Shown in pieces: positions 17,823 to 27,354 of a DNA stretch of 64,000 nt (its first letter is position 1; each line of letters begins with the position of its first letter). The translations under genes were made by a program, and so were the position numbers. The stretch comes from Bacteroidales bacterium M3 (GTDB lineage: Bacteria > Bacteroidota > Bacteroidia > Bacteroidales > Muribaculaceae): assembly GCA_001689445.1 (NCBI GenBank), contig LUJN01000040.1:2467-66466 (forward strand). Reading direction: 5' to 3'. The notes beneath the pieces were generated by a model. The model had not been told where the DNA came from. It ran no database searches and worked only from the letters and a program-made list of their open reading frames with translations.

Positions 17823-19166
17823 TTAATAGCCGGTGTAGGTGTGGGGGGAGAGGCGGCGTAGCTCCTCCTTCACAGCGTCGGTGACATCGAGTGTGTCGAT
17901 GAATGTCGAGATAGACTCGGCTGTGACGGTGGAGTTGGTGCGTGTGAGCTGCTTGAGAGTTTCGTAAGGCTTGGGATAGCCCTCGCGACGCAGGATGGTC
18001 TGGATGCCCTCGGCCACGACATTCCACATCGAGTCAAGGTCGGCATATATGGCCTGCTCGTTGAGCAGCAGCTTGTTGAGACCTTTGAGGGTGGAGTGTA
18101 TGGCAATGAGCATATGAGCCAGGGGCACACCGACATTGCGCAGCACGGTGGAGTCGGTGAGGTCACGTTGCAGACGCGACACTGGGAGCTTGGTCGAGAG
18201 ATGCGACAGGATGGCGTTGGCTATGCCGAGGTTGCCCTCGGAGTTCTCGTAGTCAATGGGGTTGACCTTATGGGGCATCGCAGACGAGCCCACTTCCCCG
18301 GCCTTGATTTTCTGCTTGAAGTACTCCATCGAGATATATTGCCACATGTCACGGTCGAGGTCGAGGATGATGGTGTTGATGCGTCGCAGTGCGTCAAAGA
18401 GGGCCGCAAGGTTGTCGTAGTTGGAAATCTGGGTGGTGTACTCCTCACGTTCTATGCCAAGACGGTCGGACAGGAAACGGGCGGCAAACTCGCGCCAGTC
18501 GATAGAGGGATAGGCCGTGAGGTGGGCGTTGAAGTTGCCCGTCGCGCCGCCAAACTTGCCGCTCACGGGCACGGCGTCGAGCATCGCCAGCTGCTGGCGC
18601 AGACGATAGGCGAATACACGTATCTCTTTGCCGAGACGCGTGGGCGATGCAGGCTGACCGTGGGTCTTTGCAAGCATGGGCAGGTCTTTCCATTCATCGG
18701 CCCGGGCCTCAAGGTGCTCTATCAGCTCAATGAGCAGAGGGCGGTAAACGTCGGCGATAGCCTCCTTGACCGACATGGGGACTGACGTGTTGTTTATATC
18801 CTGGGATGTGAGGCCAAAGTGGATGAACTCCTTGTACCGCTCAAGTCCGAGCGTATCAAAACGCTCCTTGAGGAAATATTCCACCGCCTTTACATCGTGG
18901 TTGGTGACACTCTCTATCTCCTTTATGCGGGCGGCATCGGCAACTGTAAAGTTGCGGTAGATGTCGCGCAATGCCTCAAACTTTGCATGATCCACACCGG
19001 CAATCTGCGGCAGGGGTATCTCACAAAGCGCGATAAAGTACTCCACCTCAACGCGGACACGGTAGCGTATGAGGGCAAATTCCGAAAAATACTCATCCAG
19101 TCGCGAGCATTTCGAGCGATAGCGGCCATCTATTGGCGAGATGGCGGTAAGGGTTGTCAATTCCAT
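17823..19166 (-). CDS. purB: Adenylosuccinate lyase
   Basis: 447 aa. Contains the fumarate-lyase signature GSSAMPHKVNP and the typical N-terminus (LTAISPIDGRYRSK). Confidence 0.9.
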   Translation of the reverse strand: MELTTLTAISPIDGRYRSKCSRLDEYFSEFALIRYRVRVEVEYFIALCEIPLPQIAGVDHAKFEALRDIYRNFTVADAARIKEIESVTNHDVKAVEYFLKERFDTLGLERYKEFIHFGLTSQDINNTSVPMSVKEAIADVYRPLLIELIEHLEARADEWKDLPMLAKTHGQPASPTRLGKEIRVFAYRLRQQLAMLDAVPVSGKFGGATGNFNAHLTAYPSIDWREFAARFLSDRLGIEREEYTTQISNYDNLAALFDALRRINTIILDLDRDMWQYISMEYFKQKIKAGEVGSSAMPHKVNPIDYENSEGNLGIANAILSHLSTKLPVSRLQRDLTDSTVLRNVGVPLAHMLIAIHSTLKGLNKLLLNEQAIYADLDSMWNVVAEGIQTILRREGYPKPYETLKQLTRTNSTVTAESISTFIDTLDVTDAVKEELRRLSPHTYTGY

Positions 19167-19265
19167 ACTTCAGTCAGTTCAAAGTTCACAATTCAAAGTT
19201 GCCATTGCTGCTATAATGGCTATTATAGCTATGACAGCTGTAATAGCTGCGGCATCAAATAACAA

Positions 19266-19295
19266 AAGCCTCCCCACGGGGGAGTGGGAAGGCTT
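19266..19295 (-). terminator. Terminator-like hairpin downstream of tRNA-Val
   Basis: aagcctccccac-ggggga-gtgggaaggctt forms a 12-bp stem with one mismatch. On the minus strand it is followed by TTTTGTTATTTG. Confidence 0.6.
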
Positions 19296-19304
19296 GTATC
19301 ATCG

Positions 19305-19379
19305 TGGGCGCTGAGGGATTCGAACCCCCGACCCTCTGCTTGTAAGGCAGACGCTCTGAACCAACTGAGCTAAGCGCCC
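19305..19379 (-). tRNA. tRNA-Val (anticodon UAC)
   Basis: The reverse complement reads GGGCGCTTAGCTCAGTTGGTTCAGAGCGTCTGCCTTACAAGCAGAGGGTCGGGGGTTCGAATCCCTCAGCGCCCA. It folds as a cloverleaf with a GTTCGAATC T-loop and anticodon loop CTTACAA. No CCA is encoded. Confidence 0.9.
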
Positions 19380-19400
19380 GTGTCCTTGTCGAAAGCGATG

Positions 19401-19408
19401 CAAAGGTA
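19401..19408 (-). promoter_or_regulatory. -7 promoter box for tRNA-Val
   Basis: The minus strand reads TACCTTTG, 22 nt upstream of the tRNA 5' end. Confidence 0.35.
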
Positions 19409-19490
19409 CGACTAATTTTTGAATCTCCAAACTTTTTGACGAAAAATCTCAAAAATATTTACGCAAGCCTCCTCAAACGCCCAAAAACGC

Positions 19491-19498
19491 TATCTTTG
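19491..19498 (+). promoter_or_regulatory. -7 promoter box (TAnnTTTG)
   Basis: TATCTTTG sits 32 nt upstream of the ATG at 19531. Confidence 0.35.
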
Positions 19499-19530
19499 TA
19501 CATCGTCCCGACAATCGGGCGACACGCCTC

Positions 19531-21135
19531 ATGAAACGACTATTCATCATAGTACTCACACTGCCACTGCTGGCGTTGTTGTCAGGATGCGACGACTCAT
19601 CCTCCCGCAATTACGCCGACACGGAGACCACCCGGCTGCTCGACACCCTCGATGCCGTACTGGCTCAGCATGACGACATCATAATGGAAAAGGAGCGGCG
19701 CATTGCCCGCCTCAAAAGCCTCGACAAGGGACTTGAATCACAGGCGCGCTATAATCTCTACGACAATATATTCAACGAGTATTATTCCTATGACTTTGAC
19801 TCGGCATCACATTATGCCGCGCTGAAGCGCGAGGAAGCACTGATATCAGGGGACAGGACGAAAGCCTCGGTCGCGGCACTCAACAAAGCACGGGCCGACC
19901 TGGCACGTGGCCGCGACATGGAGGCTGCCACGGCGATGGCTTCAGCCTCGTCCGACACCTCCATTGCCGAAGTCGCCCTGCCATATCTCGACCTGCTCGC
20001 CACGATTGCCGATGTCTCACCCGACAGTCTCCTGCGGCTCTACGACCGCAAGATAGCACTTCTCGACAGCGGTTCGCCGGGATGGGTTTATAATGAGGCC
20101 GGCCGTCTTCGCACCTCGGGAGAATCGCATGCCGCCTTGGAAGTCATAGCACGCCATCGCGACACGCTTGACGCCACCCCGCGCGACAGGGCAATATCGC
20201 AGTTCATTGCCGGAGAGCTACAGCGTGAACTTGGCGACACGGTGGCGGCAATGCGCTCATTCACCCAAAGCGCAATCAACGACATCATCACACCGGTACG
20301 CGACTACAGCTCGCTCTACGAACTTGCCGCGATGCTCTTTGACGCCGGCGACATCGACCGTGCCTACCGGTATATCACGTTCGCCGCAAAGGATCACTAT
20401 GCCTCCAATGTCAACAGCAATGTAATCGCCGCCAACAAGCTGATGCCCACTATCGCCGCCGCCCACAACAGCCGCACGGCCGACCGCGAACACCGGCAAC
20501 GCCTGCTCATCGTAGCCGTATCGGTGCTCGCCCTGACACTCATAGCCGTCTCGCTGTGGCTCTATGCCGCCTACCGTGCGACACAACGCGCGGCACGCGA
20601 GAAGTCGGTCCTTAACGAGCAGCTTACCGATGCCACCACACAACTCTCGACGCTCAATGCCCGTCTTGCCGAAAGCAACACGACCAAGGATGCCTACATA
20701 GTGCAATACCTTAGCCTCTGCTCCTATTATATAGAGTGTGTCGACCGCTACCGCAACAACCTCCGCGCCGTAGCACGCAACAAGGGAGTGGAGGAGATGC
20801 TCTATATGCTCAACTCCACCACGTCGGCCGACAAAGAGCTGCGGGAGTTTTACAACAGCTTCGACTCGACGTTCCTGAAACTGTTTCCCGACTTCATCAA
20901 CCGCTTCAACGACCTCCTGCAGCCCGACAAGCGGCTCACCGTGCGCCCTGACGAACTATTGACGACCGAGCTCAGGGTATTCGCCCTGATACGACTCGGC
21001 GTAAGGGACTCCGAACAGATAGCCTCATTCCTGCGCCGATCGCTATCGACCGTCTACAACTACCGTGTGAAAATGAGAAACGCTTCACGATTCCCACGCC
21101 AAGACTTTGAGGATATGGTGGCAAATATAGGATAA
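19531..21135 (+). CDS. Membrane-tethered transcriptional regulator (DUF6377-like: lipoprotein signal, TPR-like helical domain, TM helix, coiled coil, C-terminal HTH)
   Basis: Lipobox (LLALLSGCD). One TM helix (LLIVAVSVLALTLIAVSLWLYAAY). The C-terminal HTH-like segment is ELRVFALIRLGVRDSEQIASFLRRSLSTVYNYRVKMRN. It lies directly upstream of GH97. Confidence 0.65.
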   Translation: MKRLFIIVLTLPLLALLSGCDDSSSRNYADTETTRLLDTLDAVLAQHDDIIMEKERRIARLKSLDKGLESQARYNLYDNIFNEYYSYDFDSASHYAALKREEALISGDRTKASVAALNKARADLARGRDMEAATAMASASSDTSIAEVALPYLDLLATIADVSPDSLLRLYDRKIALLDSGSPGWVYNEAGRLRTSGESHAALEVIARHRDTLDATPRDRAISQFIAGELQRELGDTVAAMRSFTQSAINDIITPVRDYSSLYELAAMLFDAGDIDRAYRYITFAAKDHYASNVNSNVIAANKLMPTIAAAHNSRTADREHRQRLLIVAVSVLALTLIAVSLWLYAAYRATQRAAREKSVLNEQLTDATTQLSTLNARLAESNTTKDAYIVQYLSLCSYYIECVDRYRNNLRAVARNKGVEEMLYMLNSTTSADKELREFYNSFDSTFLKLFPDFINRFNDLLQPDKRLTVRPDELLTTELRVFALIRLGVRDSEQIASFLRRSLSTVYNYRVKMRNASRFPRQDFEDMVANIG

Positions 21136-21283
21136 AATGCACATTTACAATAATGCCACAGCCTTATTTTCACTACTAAAACATTAAGCAGCTTAATTAT
21201 TTATACTCTGAATAACAGATATATAGTATTATACTATAGCTACTATTATGCTACCAAGCGGCAGCAACAGATAGATTGGGAGG

Positions 21284-21291
21284 TAATTTTG
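21284..21291 (+). promoter_or_regulatory. -7 promoter box (TAnnTTTG)
   Basis: TAATTTTG sits 38 nt upstream of the ATG at 21330. Confidence 0.35.
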
Positions 21292-21329
21292 CATCAGAAC
21301 GATTCTTAACCACCTTTTTAACCCAACTC

Positions 21330-23429
21330 ATGAAACTCTTTATCACACCGCTTGTCGCCCTGCTACCGTTTATACCGGTATGCGCGACCGAGACAGTGAC
21401 CTCTCCCGACGGAAAGGTCGCAGTGACTTTTTCGCTCACTCCCAAAGGTGAACCACAGTACACAATGACATTCAACGGCAAGGAGATTGTGAAGCCCTCT
21501 ACGCTCGGGTTTGAGCTTAAAGGCGAGCCATCGCTGCTCGACGGATTCAAGCAACTCGATGTCACCCGCACCTCTGCCGACGAGAAGTGGGCGCCCGTAT
21601 GGGGCGAGAACGACTCTATCGCCAATCGCTACAACGCCATGACCGTAGCCCTCTCGCAGAAATCCGGCAAGACGACACGCCTGATGAACGTCACATTCCG
21701 CGTCTATGACGACGGCATGGGGCTGCGCTATGAGTTCCCCCAGCAGCAGACCAAGGAATTTGTCATCGCCGAGGAGAAAACCCGGATGGCCATGAACGGC
21801 GACCACACGGCATGGTGGATACCGGGCGACTATGACACACAGGAATATGAATATATCAAATCACGCCTCAGCGAGATTCGCTCCTACTCCGACGCCAACC
21901 ACATGGGCAACGTCTCCCAAACGAGCTTCTCCCCCACAGGCGTACAGACTTCCCTAATGCTAAAGAGCGACGACGGGACATATATCAACCTACATGAGGC
22001 GGCACTCATCGAATATCCCGCGATGCACCTCGACCTCGACGACAAGACTATGACATTCACCTCGTGGCTCACCCCCGGGCGCGGTGAGGGGAAAGCAGTG
22101 ATAGAGACGCCGTTCCGCACACCGTGGCGCGTAGTGATGGTGGGCGACAAGGCCACTGACATCCTTGCCACCGACATCATCTACAACCTCAACGACCCCT
22201 GCGTGCTGGAGGACACCTCCTGGATAAAGCCCGTCAAGTATATGGGCGTGTGGTGGGAGATGATCACCGGCAAGACCGACTGGGCCTATTGCAATGCCGA
22301 AAACTTCGACCTCGCCACATTCGACTACTCAAAAGCCAAACCCAACGGACGCCACGGAGCCAACAATGAGAACGTGCGCCGCTATATCGACTTTGCCGCC
22401 GCCAACGGCATGGACCAGCTGCTCATCGAGGGCTGGAACATCGGCTGGGAGGACTGGCTCGGCAAGGAGAAGGACTACGTGTTTGACTTCCTCACCCCCT
22501 ACCCCGACTTTGACATCAAGGCACTCAACGACTATGCCCACAGCAAGGGGATACGCCTGATGATGCACCATGAGACCTCAGGCTCGATACCCAACTATGA
22601 GCGTCACCTCGACCGCGCGTATGACCTTATGAACCAATATGGCTACAACGCCGTCAAGAGCGGCTATGTGGGCAATATCCTCCCGAAGGGGGAAACCCAC
22701 TACAGCCAATGGGCCGTGCGCCACTATCTCGACGCTGTGAAGAAAGCGGCCGACAAGAAGATTATGGTCAACGCTCACGAGGCAGTGCGCCCCACGGGAC
22801 TTGCCCGCACCTACCCCAACCTTGTTGGCAACGAGAGCGCGATGGGCACGGAATACCGCAACATGTCGCCGTCGCACGTCACCATATTGCCGTTCACGCG
22901 CCTCAAGGGTGGTCCGATGGACTTCACCCCGGGCATATTCCGCATGGATATCGGCTCATTCGTCCCCGGAAGCACCGAACACAAGAATGCCACCATCGCC
23001 AACCAGCTCGCTCTCTATGTGACGATGTATTCCCCCTTGCAGATGGCGGCCGACATGCCCGAGCACTATGCCGAAAAGATGGACGCATTCCAATTTATAA
23101 AGGATGTTCCCGTCGACTGGAGCGAGAGCCGTTACCTCGACGCCGAACCGGCCGACTACATCATAGTGGCACGCAAGGACAAGAACAGCGACGCATGGTA
23201 TGTCGGCGGCGTCACCGACGAGAACGCCCGCGACTACACCCTCTGCCTCGACTTCCTCACGCCCGGAAAGAGCTATGAGGCGACGGTATATGCCGACGCA
23301 CACGACACCGACTATGCCATAAATCCCGAGACCTATACGATTACACGCCGGAATGTGTCGCGCGACAGCAAGCTCGACATGCACATGGCACGTGGCGGCG
23401 GCTTCGCGATAGCCATCAAGCCGCTCTAA
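21330..23429 (+). CDS. Glycoside hydrolase family 97 (alpha-glucosidase or alpha-galactosidase, SusB-like)
   Basis: The start at MKLFITPLVALLPFIPVCA (a signal peptide) is preferred over 21276. SPDGKVAVTFSL..., WWIPGDYDTQEY and MMHHETSG blocks match my memory of GH97. Confidence 0.8.
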   Translation: MKLFITPLVALLPFIPVCATETVTSPDGKVAVTFSLTPKGEPQYTMTFNGKEIVKPSTLGFELKGEPSLLDGFKQLDVTRTSADEKWAPVWGENDSIANRYNAMTVALSQKSGKTTRLMNVTFRVYDDGMGLRYEFPQQQTKEFVIAEEKTRMAMNGDHTAWWIPGDYDTQEYEYIKSRLSEIRSYSDANHMGNVSQTSFSPTGVQTSLMLKSDDGTYINLHEAALIEYPAMHLDLDDKTMTFTSWLTPGRGEGKAVIETPFRTPWRVVMVGDKATDILATDIIYNLNDPCVLEDTSWIKPVKYMGVWWEMITGKTDWAYCNAENFDLATFDYSKAKPNGRHGANNENVRRYIDFAAANGMDQLLIEGWNIGWEDWLGKEKDYVFDFLTPYPDFDIKALNDYAHSKGIRLMMHHETSGSIPNYERHLDRAYDLMNQYGYNAVKSGYVGNILPKGETHYSQWAVRHYLDAVKKAADKKIMVNAHEAVRPTGLARTYPNLVGNESAMGTEYRNMSPSHVTILPFTRLKGGPMDFTPGIFRMDIGSFVPGSTEHKNATIANQLALYVTMYSPLQMAADMPEHYAEKMDAFQFIKDVPVDWSESRYLDAEPADYIIVARKDKNSDAWYVGGVTDENARDYTLCLDFLTPGKSYEATVYADAHDTDYAINPETYTITRRNVSRDSKLDMHMARGGGFAIAIKPL

Positions 23430-24001
23430 CGCACCAGGCGGAGTGCCGCACGCCGGCAACGCGCCTCCTCACGGGGGGACACGGTGACATCATGCATCGT
23501 GCCCCCCTTTTGTATGCTCCTGACACGGAAACCTGCTGTGCACAAGATCTCGCGCATAGCCCGCACAGCACCTCCCGACTGGTGAAACAGGCGGTTGAAA
23601 GGGAACGGAGTGGTGGATGTCGTGATGACCAAGGCGCGTTTCCCCTTATGCAACGGCTTGGGTATGCCAAAGCGTCCCTCACCCATCAATCCATACACCA
23701 TGCGGTCAAATAGCGTCTTCACCGGCCCGGGAATATTTCCCCAATAGCACGGCGTCCCGACTACGACGGCATCGGCATCGCGTATCAGCTCCAACACACG
23801 CTGTGCGTCATCCTCGGGAAGCACACAGCGCAATGTGCCACGGCAAGCCATGCAACCCGTACATGGTTTGACAGTCAAATCATTGACATTCAACTCCGTG
23901 AGGTCATGCACATTTCTCCACACCTCATGAGCCACAATAGAGAGCATGGATGATATATTGCCCTCGCGGCGTGGGCTTCCATTAAGTACAAGCACTTTCA
24001 T
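23426..24001 (-). CDS. Flavodoxin-like fold NAD(P)H-dependent FMN reductase or iron-sulfur flavoprotein
   Basis: MKVLVLNGSPRREGN start, a Cys cluster (CTGCMACRGTLRC), and VVVGTPCYWGNIPGPVKTLFDR. Confidence 0.7.
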   Translation of the reverse strand: MKVLVLNGSPRREGNISSMLSIVAHEVWRNVHDLTELNVNDLTVKPCTGCMACRGTLRCVLPEDDAQRVLELIRDADAVVVGTPCYWGNIPGPVKTLFDRMVYGLMGEGRFGIPKPLHKGKRALVITTSTTPFPFNRLFHQSGGAVRAMREILCTAGFRVRSIQKGGTMHDVTVSPREEARCRRAALRLVR

Positions 24002-24146
24002 TGAAACGAGTTTTTGAAAAACAAATTTAGCCCAAAATTAAACCAAAATCTTTATTGGCATTCTATTTGTTATACCAATATCGTAGAAAATGCGACTAAC
24101 GACAACACTCACAGAAGCAAAAATCAAAATATCTATAACTAAAATA

Positions 24147-24941
24147 ATGAATATGAACAAGATTCTCACTATTTGTGCCATCGCGGCCACGTCTGCCGCT
24201 CTCGCGTCATGCTCCGCGTCACGCTCCACTGCCACATTGTCAGACCTCAACGGCGAATGGGCCATTGCAAAGATTGACGGAAAAGCCGTCACATCCCCTG
24301 CCGAACAGGAGACTGCCTATATCGGTCTAAACACCACCACAGGGCAACTTTATGGCAACGCGAGCTGCAACACGCTGATGGGACAGTTTAACACCAAGGC
24401 AGCTCCCGGCGTCATCGAGTTCACCAACATGGGCAGCACACGGATGATGTGCCCCGAGATGGGTCTTGAACAGTCGATAATGAGCGCCCTACAGCAAGTC
24501 GCGGCCTACACCGTCAACAAGAAAAGCGGCGACATCGAGCTACGCAATGCCTCTGGCAAGACACTCATTGAGCTGAAAAAGCGCGATCCGGCAATAACCG
24601 CCGCCAACCTGCAGGGCGACTGGACCGTTAAGGAAATCAACGACAAGCCTACCGACGCCATGCCCGGCGCGCCATTCACTATGACATTTGACGCCAACGG
24701 CAAGCAGTTCAACTGCACCACCGACTGCAACGGCCTGTTCGGCAACTTCGTCATCATGGGCAATGGTCTCACATTTGGCGACGTCGCCTCAACCCGCATG
24801 GCATGTCCCGACATGAAAGTGGAAGCCGAACTTAGCCAGACCCTTCCCAAAGTGGCGTCCATAGGACAGCTTGCGGGAGGCGGCATCGGGATGTACGACG
24901 CCAACAACAACCTCCTGCTTGTGATAGAGAAGAAAAAATAA
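24147..24941 (+). CDS. META-domain (HslJ-like) lipoprotein with two META domains
   Basis: Lipobox (AATSAALASCS). Two copies of the pattern L.G.W....I......GCN...G.....G..I.F....STRM.CP. The start at 24147 or 24153 is preferred over 24090. Confidence 0.7.
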   Translation: MNMNKILTICAIAATSAALASCSASRSTATLSDLNGEWAIAKIDGKAVTSPAEQETAYIGLNTTTGQLYGNASCNTLMGQFNTKAAPGVIEFTNMGSTRMMCPEMGLEQSIMSALQQVAAYTVNKKSGDIELRNASGKTLIELKKRDPAITAANLQGDWTVKEINDKPTDAMPGAPFTMTFDANGKQFNCTTDCNGLFGNFVIMGNGLTFGDVASTRMACPDMKVEAELSQTLPKVASIGQLAGGGIGMYDANNNLLLVIEKKK

Positions 24942-24964
24942 AACTTTCCAATACCGTACTTCCC

Positions 24965-25002
24965 GACGGGTCTCAGAGCTTTTTCAGCCTCTGAGACCCG
25001 TC
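24965..25002 (+). terminator. Terminator-like hairpin after the META-domain gene
   Basis: gacgggtctcagag-ctttttcagc-ctctgagacccgtc forms a perfect 14-bp stem. There is no clear U-tract. Confidence 0.5.
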
Positions 25003-25124
25003 GTCGTCCTACAGCAACGCATACCGACCGCCACGACTCCACTGACAGTGGAAATGGCGTTGTTCGACATTCTCCTTTGTTGTTATCATCTACTTGCTGT
25101 AGGATGATTGTCAGCATTATTTTG

Positions 25125-25132
25125 TAAATTTG
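25125..25132 (+). promoter_or_regulatory. -7 promoter box (TAnnTTTG)
   Basis: TAAATTTG sits 22 nt upstream of the mtnN ATG. Confidence 0.4.
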
Positions 25133-25154
25133 CAAAACAATAAAGAGACAGATT

Positions 25155-25835
25155 ATGAAAATCGGGATAATAGTGGCCATGTCAAAGGAGATGGCATTAC
25201 TGCTGCCCCTGCTTGAGGGCGCGGCGGTGACACAGGTTGACGGAGTGGAGTTTCACACGGGACACATCGGACAACACGATATTGTCACCATGCAGTGTGG
25301 CATCGGAAAGGTCAACGCCGCGGTCGGCGCACTCACGCTTATCAACAACTTCTCGCCCGAGCTGGTGGTAAACACCGGCGTCGCAGGTGGCGCGGGCGCG
25401 GCTGCCGGCATCCTTGATGTCGTCGTGGCCGACCGAATTGCCTACCACGACGTGTGGTGCGGCCCGGGCACCGAGCCTGGCGACGCGGCGGGATGCCCGC
25501 GGTTTTTTGCCACAAGCCCCTCCGTCCTTGCCCTTGATTCCGTGCAGCCAAGGCAGGGAGTGAAGCGCGGACTTATAGCCTCGGGCGACATTTTCGTGTC
25601 GCGCCCCGAGGAGGTGGAGCACATCAAGGGGTTATATCCCGACGCTCTCGCCATCGACATGGAGAGCGCCGCTATAGCGCAGGTGTGCTACCTAAAGAGC
25701 GTGCCATTCGCCTGCCTCCGCGTCATCAGCGACACCCCCGGAGCAGCCGAAAACATATCCCAGTATGAGAACTTCTGGGAGGATGCCCCGCGCCACACAT
25801 TCTCCCTGCTGCAGGAGGTAATCGGACAACTGTAA
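25155..25835 (+). CDS. mtnN: 5'-methylthioadenosine/S-adenosylhomocysteine nucleosidase
   Basis: 226 aa. MKIGIIVAMSKEM...GIGKVNAA...AIDMESAAIAQVC is typical of Pfs/MtnN. Confidence 0.85.
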   Translation: MKIGIIVAMSKEMALLLPLLEGAAVTQVDGVEFHTGHIGQHDIVTMQCGIGKVNAAVGALTLINNFSPELVVNTGVAGGAGAAAGILDVVVADRIAYHDVWCGPGTEPGDAAGCPRFFATSPSVLALDSVQPRQGVKRGLIASGDIFVSRPEEVEHIKGLYPDALAIDMESAAIAQVCYLKSVPFACLRVISDTPGAAENISQYENFWEDAPRHTFSLLQEVIGQL

Positions 25836-25856
25836 CACACCCAACGACTGCCAACA

Positions 25857-26339
25857 ATGAAAAAGATACCGAGTTTCACTATAGACCACACGCGGCTGCT
25901 GCGCGGCATATATGTCTCACGGCGTGATGTCACCCCTGCGGGAGACGTCATCACCACATTTGACATCCGCATGACCGAGCCAAACCGCCAGCCGGCACTC
26001 TCTCCCGAAGCACTGCACGCTATGGAGCATCTCGCAGCGACATTCCTGCGCAACCATCCCACGTGGGCATCGCGGGTCATCTACTGGGGCCCGATGGGCT
26101 GCTGTACGGGCAACTACCTGCTGATGTCGGGCGAACTTACCCCACAGGACATCCTCCCGCTTATGCGCGAGACATTCGGGTTTGTCGCAAACTTTGAAGG
26201 AGATGTCCCCGGCGCGACACCCCGCGACTGCGGCAACTACTCGTTCATGGACCTTGCCGCCGCCCGACAGGCCGCACGCCGCTACCTTGACGAGGTGCTT
26301 GCCGACCCCTCCCCTGAAAACCTCAATTACCCCGCCTGA
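25857..26339 (+). CDS. luxS: S-ribosylhomocysteine lyase LuxS
   Basis: 160 aa. Starts SFTIDHTRL, has the metal-binding HAMEHL and MGCCTG motifs, and lies 21 nt after mtnN. Confidence 0.85.
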   Translation: MKKIPSFTIDHTRLLRGIYVSRRDVTPAGDVITTFDIRMTEPNRQPALSPEALHAMEHLAATFLRNHPTWASRVIYWGPMGCCTGNYLLMSGELTPQDILPLMRETFGFVANFEGDVPGATPRDCGNYSFMDLAAARQAARRYLDEVLADPSPENLNYPA

Positions 26340-26359
26340 CCCATTTCCCCGCCAAAGCT

Positions 26360-27028
26360 ATGAAAGACATCCGCGCCATCCGGGGCCGACACTACCTGCA
26401 ACGCCTCATCGACGAGGGGGAACACGAGCATCAGGACTTCAAATTTGCCATCTCCGATGCCCGCAAGATAGCACGCAGCATCTCGGCATTTGCCAACAAC
26501 GCGGGCGGACGCCTGTTGGTCGGCGTGAAAGACAACGGCCGCATCGCCGGCGTACGCAACGAGGAGGACATCTACGTCATCGAACAGGCTGCCGAGATGT
26601 ACTGCCGCCCCTCGCAGCATGTCGACTTCTCGGCCTACCGTGCCGAGGGGGATGCCGTGGTCGTCATCGCCACAATAACCGCCGCACCGCGCCGCCCGGT
26701 AATGTCACAAGAGCCCGACCTGACATGGAACGCTTACTACCGCGTGGCCGATGAGAACATCCTCGCCCCCGATATCATGGTCAAGGCATGGCGGCGTCGC
26801 CACAGCCTCTGCACGACGGCTCCACTCACTCTCGGCGAGCGCGAGCTGTCGCTACTGAGCCTCATCGACCGCCACGGTGCAGTCACCCTCCACGACTACA
26901 TCACTACCTCCCACCTCAGCAGCCCCGCCGCCGAGCAGGTCATCACAGCTCTCTACTCCATGGGTATCATCGACTTCCGCTACCACGCCCGCACGTTCCA
27001 TCTCGTCCGCTCCACAGCCGAGGATTGA
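26360..27028 (+). CDS. AlbA_2 (Schlafen-like) DNA-binding domain protein with a C-terminal winged-helix-like region
   Basis: EHEHQDFKFAISDARKIARSISAFANNAGGRLLVGVKDNGRIAGV is the AlbA_2 core as I remember it. The gene starts 20 nt after luxS. Confidence 0.6.
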   Translation: MKDIRAIRGRHYLQRLIDEGEHEHQDFKFAISDARKIARSISAFANNAGGRLLVGVKDNGRIAGVRNEEDIYVIEQAAEMYCRPSQHVDFSAYRAEGDAVVVIATITAAPRRPVMSQEPDLTWNAYYRVADENILAPDIMVKAWRRRHSLCTTAPLTLGERELSLLSLIDRHGAVTLHDYITTSHLSSPAAEQVITALYSMGIIDFRYHARTFHLVRSTAED

Positions 27029-27128
27029 AGATCCTAGCAAACCGGCTAATTGATTTTAATGAAGCACCCATAGGGTAAAGCCTAAAAAATACCCGATTTT
27101 AAGTATTTCATCCCTTGACATATGGCAG

Positions 27129-27136
27129 TAATTTTG
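27129..27136 (+). promoter_or_regulatory. Orphan -7 box (TAATTTTG) with no ORF downstream
   Basis: An exact TAnnTTTG match. Downstream are the hairpins gtgcca..tggcac and gacgggcagca...tgccgcccgtc, but no ORF. Confidence 0.25.
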
Positions 27137-27346
27137 CATACAGATAATTATACGAATATTGTGCCATGAATCACTGGCACCTCTCTCCCATACTTGGGTA
27201 AAGGTGGACGAGTAATCTATTTTATTCTTAACGCTATTGTTTTATACGCCGACGGGCAGCAGGTTTGCGAAAACCATGCCGCCCGTCACTTCTTCACATA
27301 AAATGTTAAAATACGTGTGAGATTTGCAATTTTCGGAAACGCTGTA

Positions 27347-27354
27347 TAATTTTG
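27347..27354 (+). promoter_or_regulatory. Orphan -7 box (TAATTTTG) with no ORF downstream
   Basis: An exact TAnnTTTG match. The plus strand downstream has stop codons in all frames for more than 400 nt. Confidence 0.25.

Noticed and set aside
23426-23429. 4-nt overlap of the convergent GH97 and flavoprotein stop codons
   Set aside because: This is ordinary tight packing of convergent genes, and no additional structure is seen.
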